Positions 62,220 through 64,000 of a stretch of 64,000 bases of DNA are shown piece by piece (positions within the stretch are counted from its first letter, which is position 1; each line of letters starts with the position of its first letter). Under the pieces are notes generated by a model. It had not been told where the DNA came from, made no database searches, and saw only the letters and a program-made list of their open reading frames with translations. Origin of the DNA: Mytilus edulis (lineage: Eukaryota); assembly GCF_963676685.1 (NCBI RefSeq), contig NC_092346.1, forward strand, positions 30,566,001 through 30,630,000. The letters are read 5' to 3'. Position numbers and translations under genes: made by a program.

Positions 62220-64000
62220 CTCAATAGTGACTGGGGAAAAACCTAACTGAATGTTTCTGTGCTATAGCATTTTTATACAGTGGTGGTAATGATGGAATTG
62301 CCTGACTTGGTAAAAACATTCCATCAAATGAAATGGATACGGATAATGAGTTTTTATCACGCACTATAAAATAATAGCAATATTAGATATAACAAGATGT
62401 GGTATGAGTGCCAATAAGACAACTCTCCATCCAAGTCACAATTAGAAAAAAAGTAAACCATAATAGGTCAAAGTACGACCTGCAATACGCAGTCATGGCA
62501 CACACCAAAGTTGAAACAGCAATTGCGCTGTAAAGTAAAAGTAAACCATCATATATATGTCAAAGTACAGCCTTCAATATTAATGTTATAAGAACTTGAT
62601 ATTCTTTCTGTTGAAAAGTTGTTGACGTACTTTGTTTAGTACAGCACTGTCCTGTAATTAAATATAAGAAGATGTGGTATGAGTTCCAATGAGACAACTC
62701 TCAATCCAAGTAACAATTTGTAAAAGTACACCATTATAGGTCAAAGTACGGTCTTCAACACGGAGTCTTGGCTCACACCGAACAGCAACCTATAAATGAC
62801 CCAAACAATGACTAGTGTAAAACCATTCAAACGGGGAAAAACAACTGTCTATATATAAAAAAGAAGATGTGGTATGATTGCCAATGAGACAACTCTCCAC
62901 AAGATACCAAACTGTCACAGAAATTAACAACCATAGGTCACCGTACGGCCTTCAACAAAGCCCATGTCTAATCTATATTAAAACGGGAAACTAGAAACAC
63001 TTATGAACCATTTCAACAAACGACAACAAAGGAACAACAGGCTTCTGACTTAGGACAGGTATAAACAAATGCAGCTGGTTTGAACGTTTTAACAGGCCCC
63101 AACCTTCACCATAACCTGAAACAGTAGAGTAACATTATAACATAGAAAGACACGCTATAAAGTGGCTAGGATTGAGCAAAGTAAACTCTCTTTTAATTTT
63201 GGTGATTTTAACTTTTGTCATTCCAGAGTTATGAGACTTTAGACACTTAAAGATGGCCAATGTTCACCAATTGCACACGAACTCAGATTTGACTTATATC
63301 ATCAATACTTCATTCCTATTGAAATTGATAAACAAAACTGATTCGTCTTTTCAGAGTTATGGAACTTCAACCGTCAGATCATTTAATTGTTGTTTTTTTT
63401 TTTGCATTTTGACTATGTTTAAATTGATTTAATAGTTGTTGGGGCCGTTAAAAGAATAAATTTTTTTTAGAAATGATTATTATATATATATATATTACTT
63501 TTCGTATTTCATCGTATAATATTTGCGTCCTGAAAATATATGTGATAATTGCCAATGGACATTAAACATATATCTAATTATCTATTATCTTAACTTGAAA
63601 AGATTTTCCGTAATTCGTATAAAATCAATTAGGATCATTATGGAATATTTAGTATTTTGCAAGAAAATGACAACAAAGTCATTCATTGTGAAAATGATAA
63701 AATTACAAGTAAGTAAAATTGGGGAACATTTGCTACATTTTTCTATTTGTTTTCATAAATCAATTCAATTTCATCATTGTCCAATATCATTTATCCCCAA
63801 TATTTCATCTTTATTTCATTGTTTAAATAAGGACAAATGTTACATCCAATATTTACTTTCACTAAATAAGGGAAACATTCTTTTCTGTCTTTTTATACCA
63901 TATTTAAATATTTATTAATATTCTGAACAACAGCTTCATATATAAAACTACTAATTATTAGATATACTCTACAGTCCATTCAAGCAAGCACGATGAGACT

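Overview
AT-rich eukaryotic genomic DNA. Its repeat families, C1q gene and 28S fragment point to a bivalve, most likely a Mytilus mussel (inferred, not verified). Bases 1-10931 are a defective Polinton/Maverick (adintovirus-like endogenous virus) with integrase, minor and major capsid, and packaging ATPase genes but no pPolB or protease. Its two arms are long inverted copies that carry whole genes (ATPase 3' end, PW-like, PZ-like), and these copies have decayed in complementary fashion. One accessory gene is broken by a 36-bp scar that looks like a P-element excision footprint. The region from 11.8 to 17.7 kb holds ~350-bp hammerhead-ribozyme retrozyme repeats, with an internal motif complementary to the ribozyme core. 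Three spliced minus-strand host genes encode secreted proteins: an AA15/LPMO-fold protein that has lost both copper-binding histidines (33474->23488), a ~1,900-aa Gly/Ser/Lys/Tyr/His tandem-repeat protein (53820->45915, probably continuing to 41151), and a globular C1q-domain protein (62219->60024) with a 28S rDNA fragment in intron 1. The rest is MITEs, SINEs, a Helentron-type element, minisatellites and one assembly gap. Family assignments come from motif recognition only; no database search was run.
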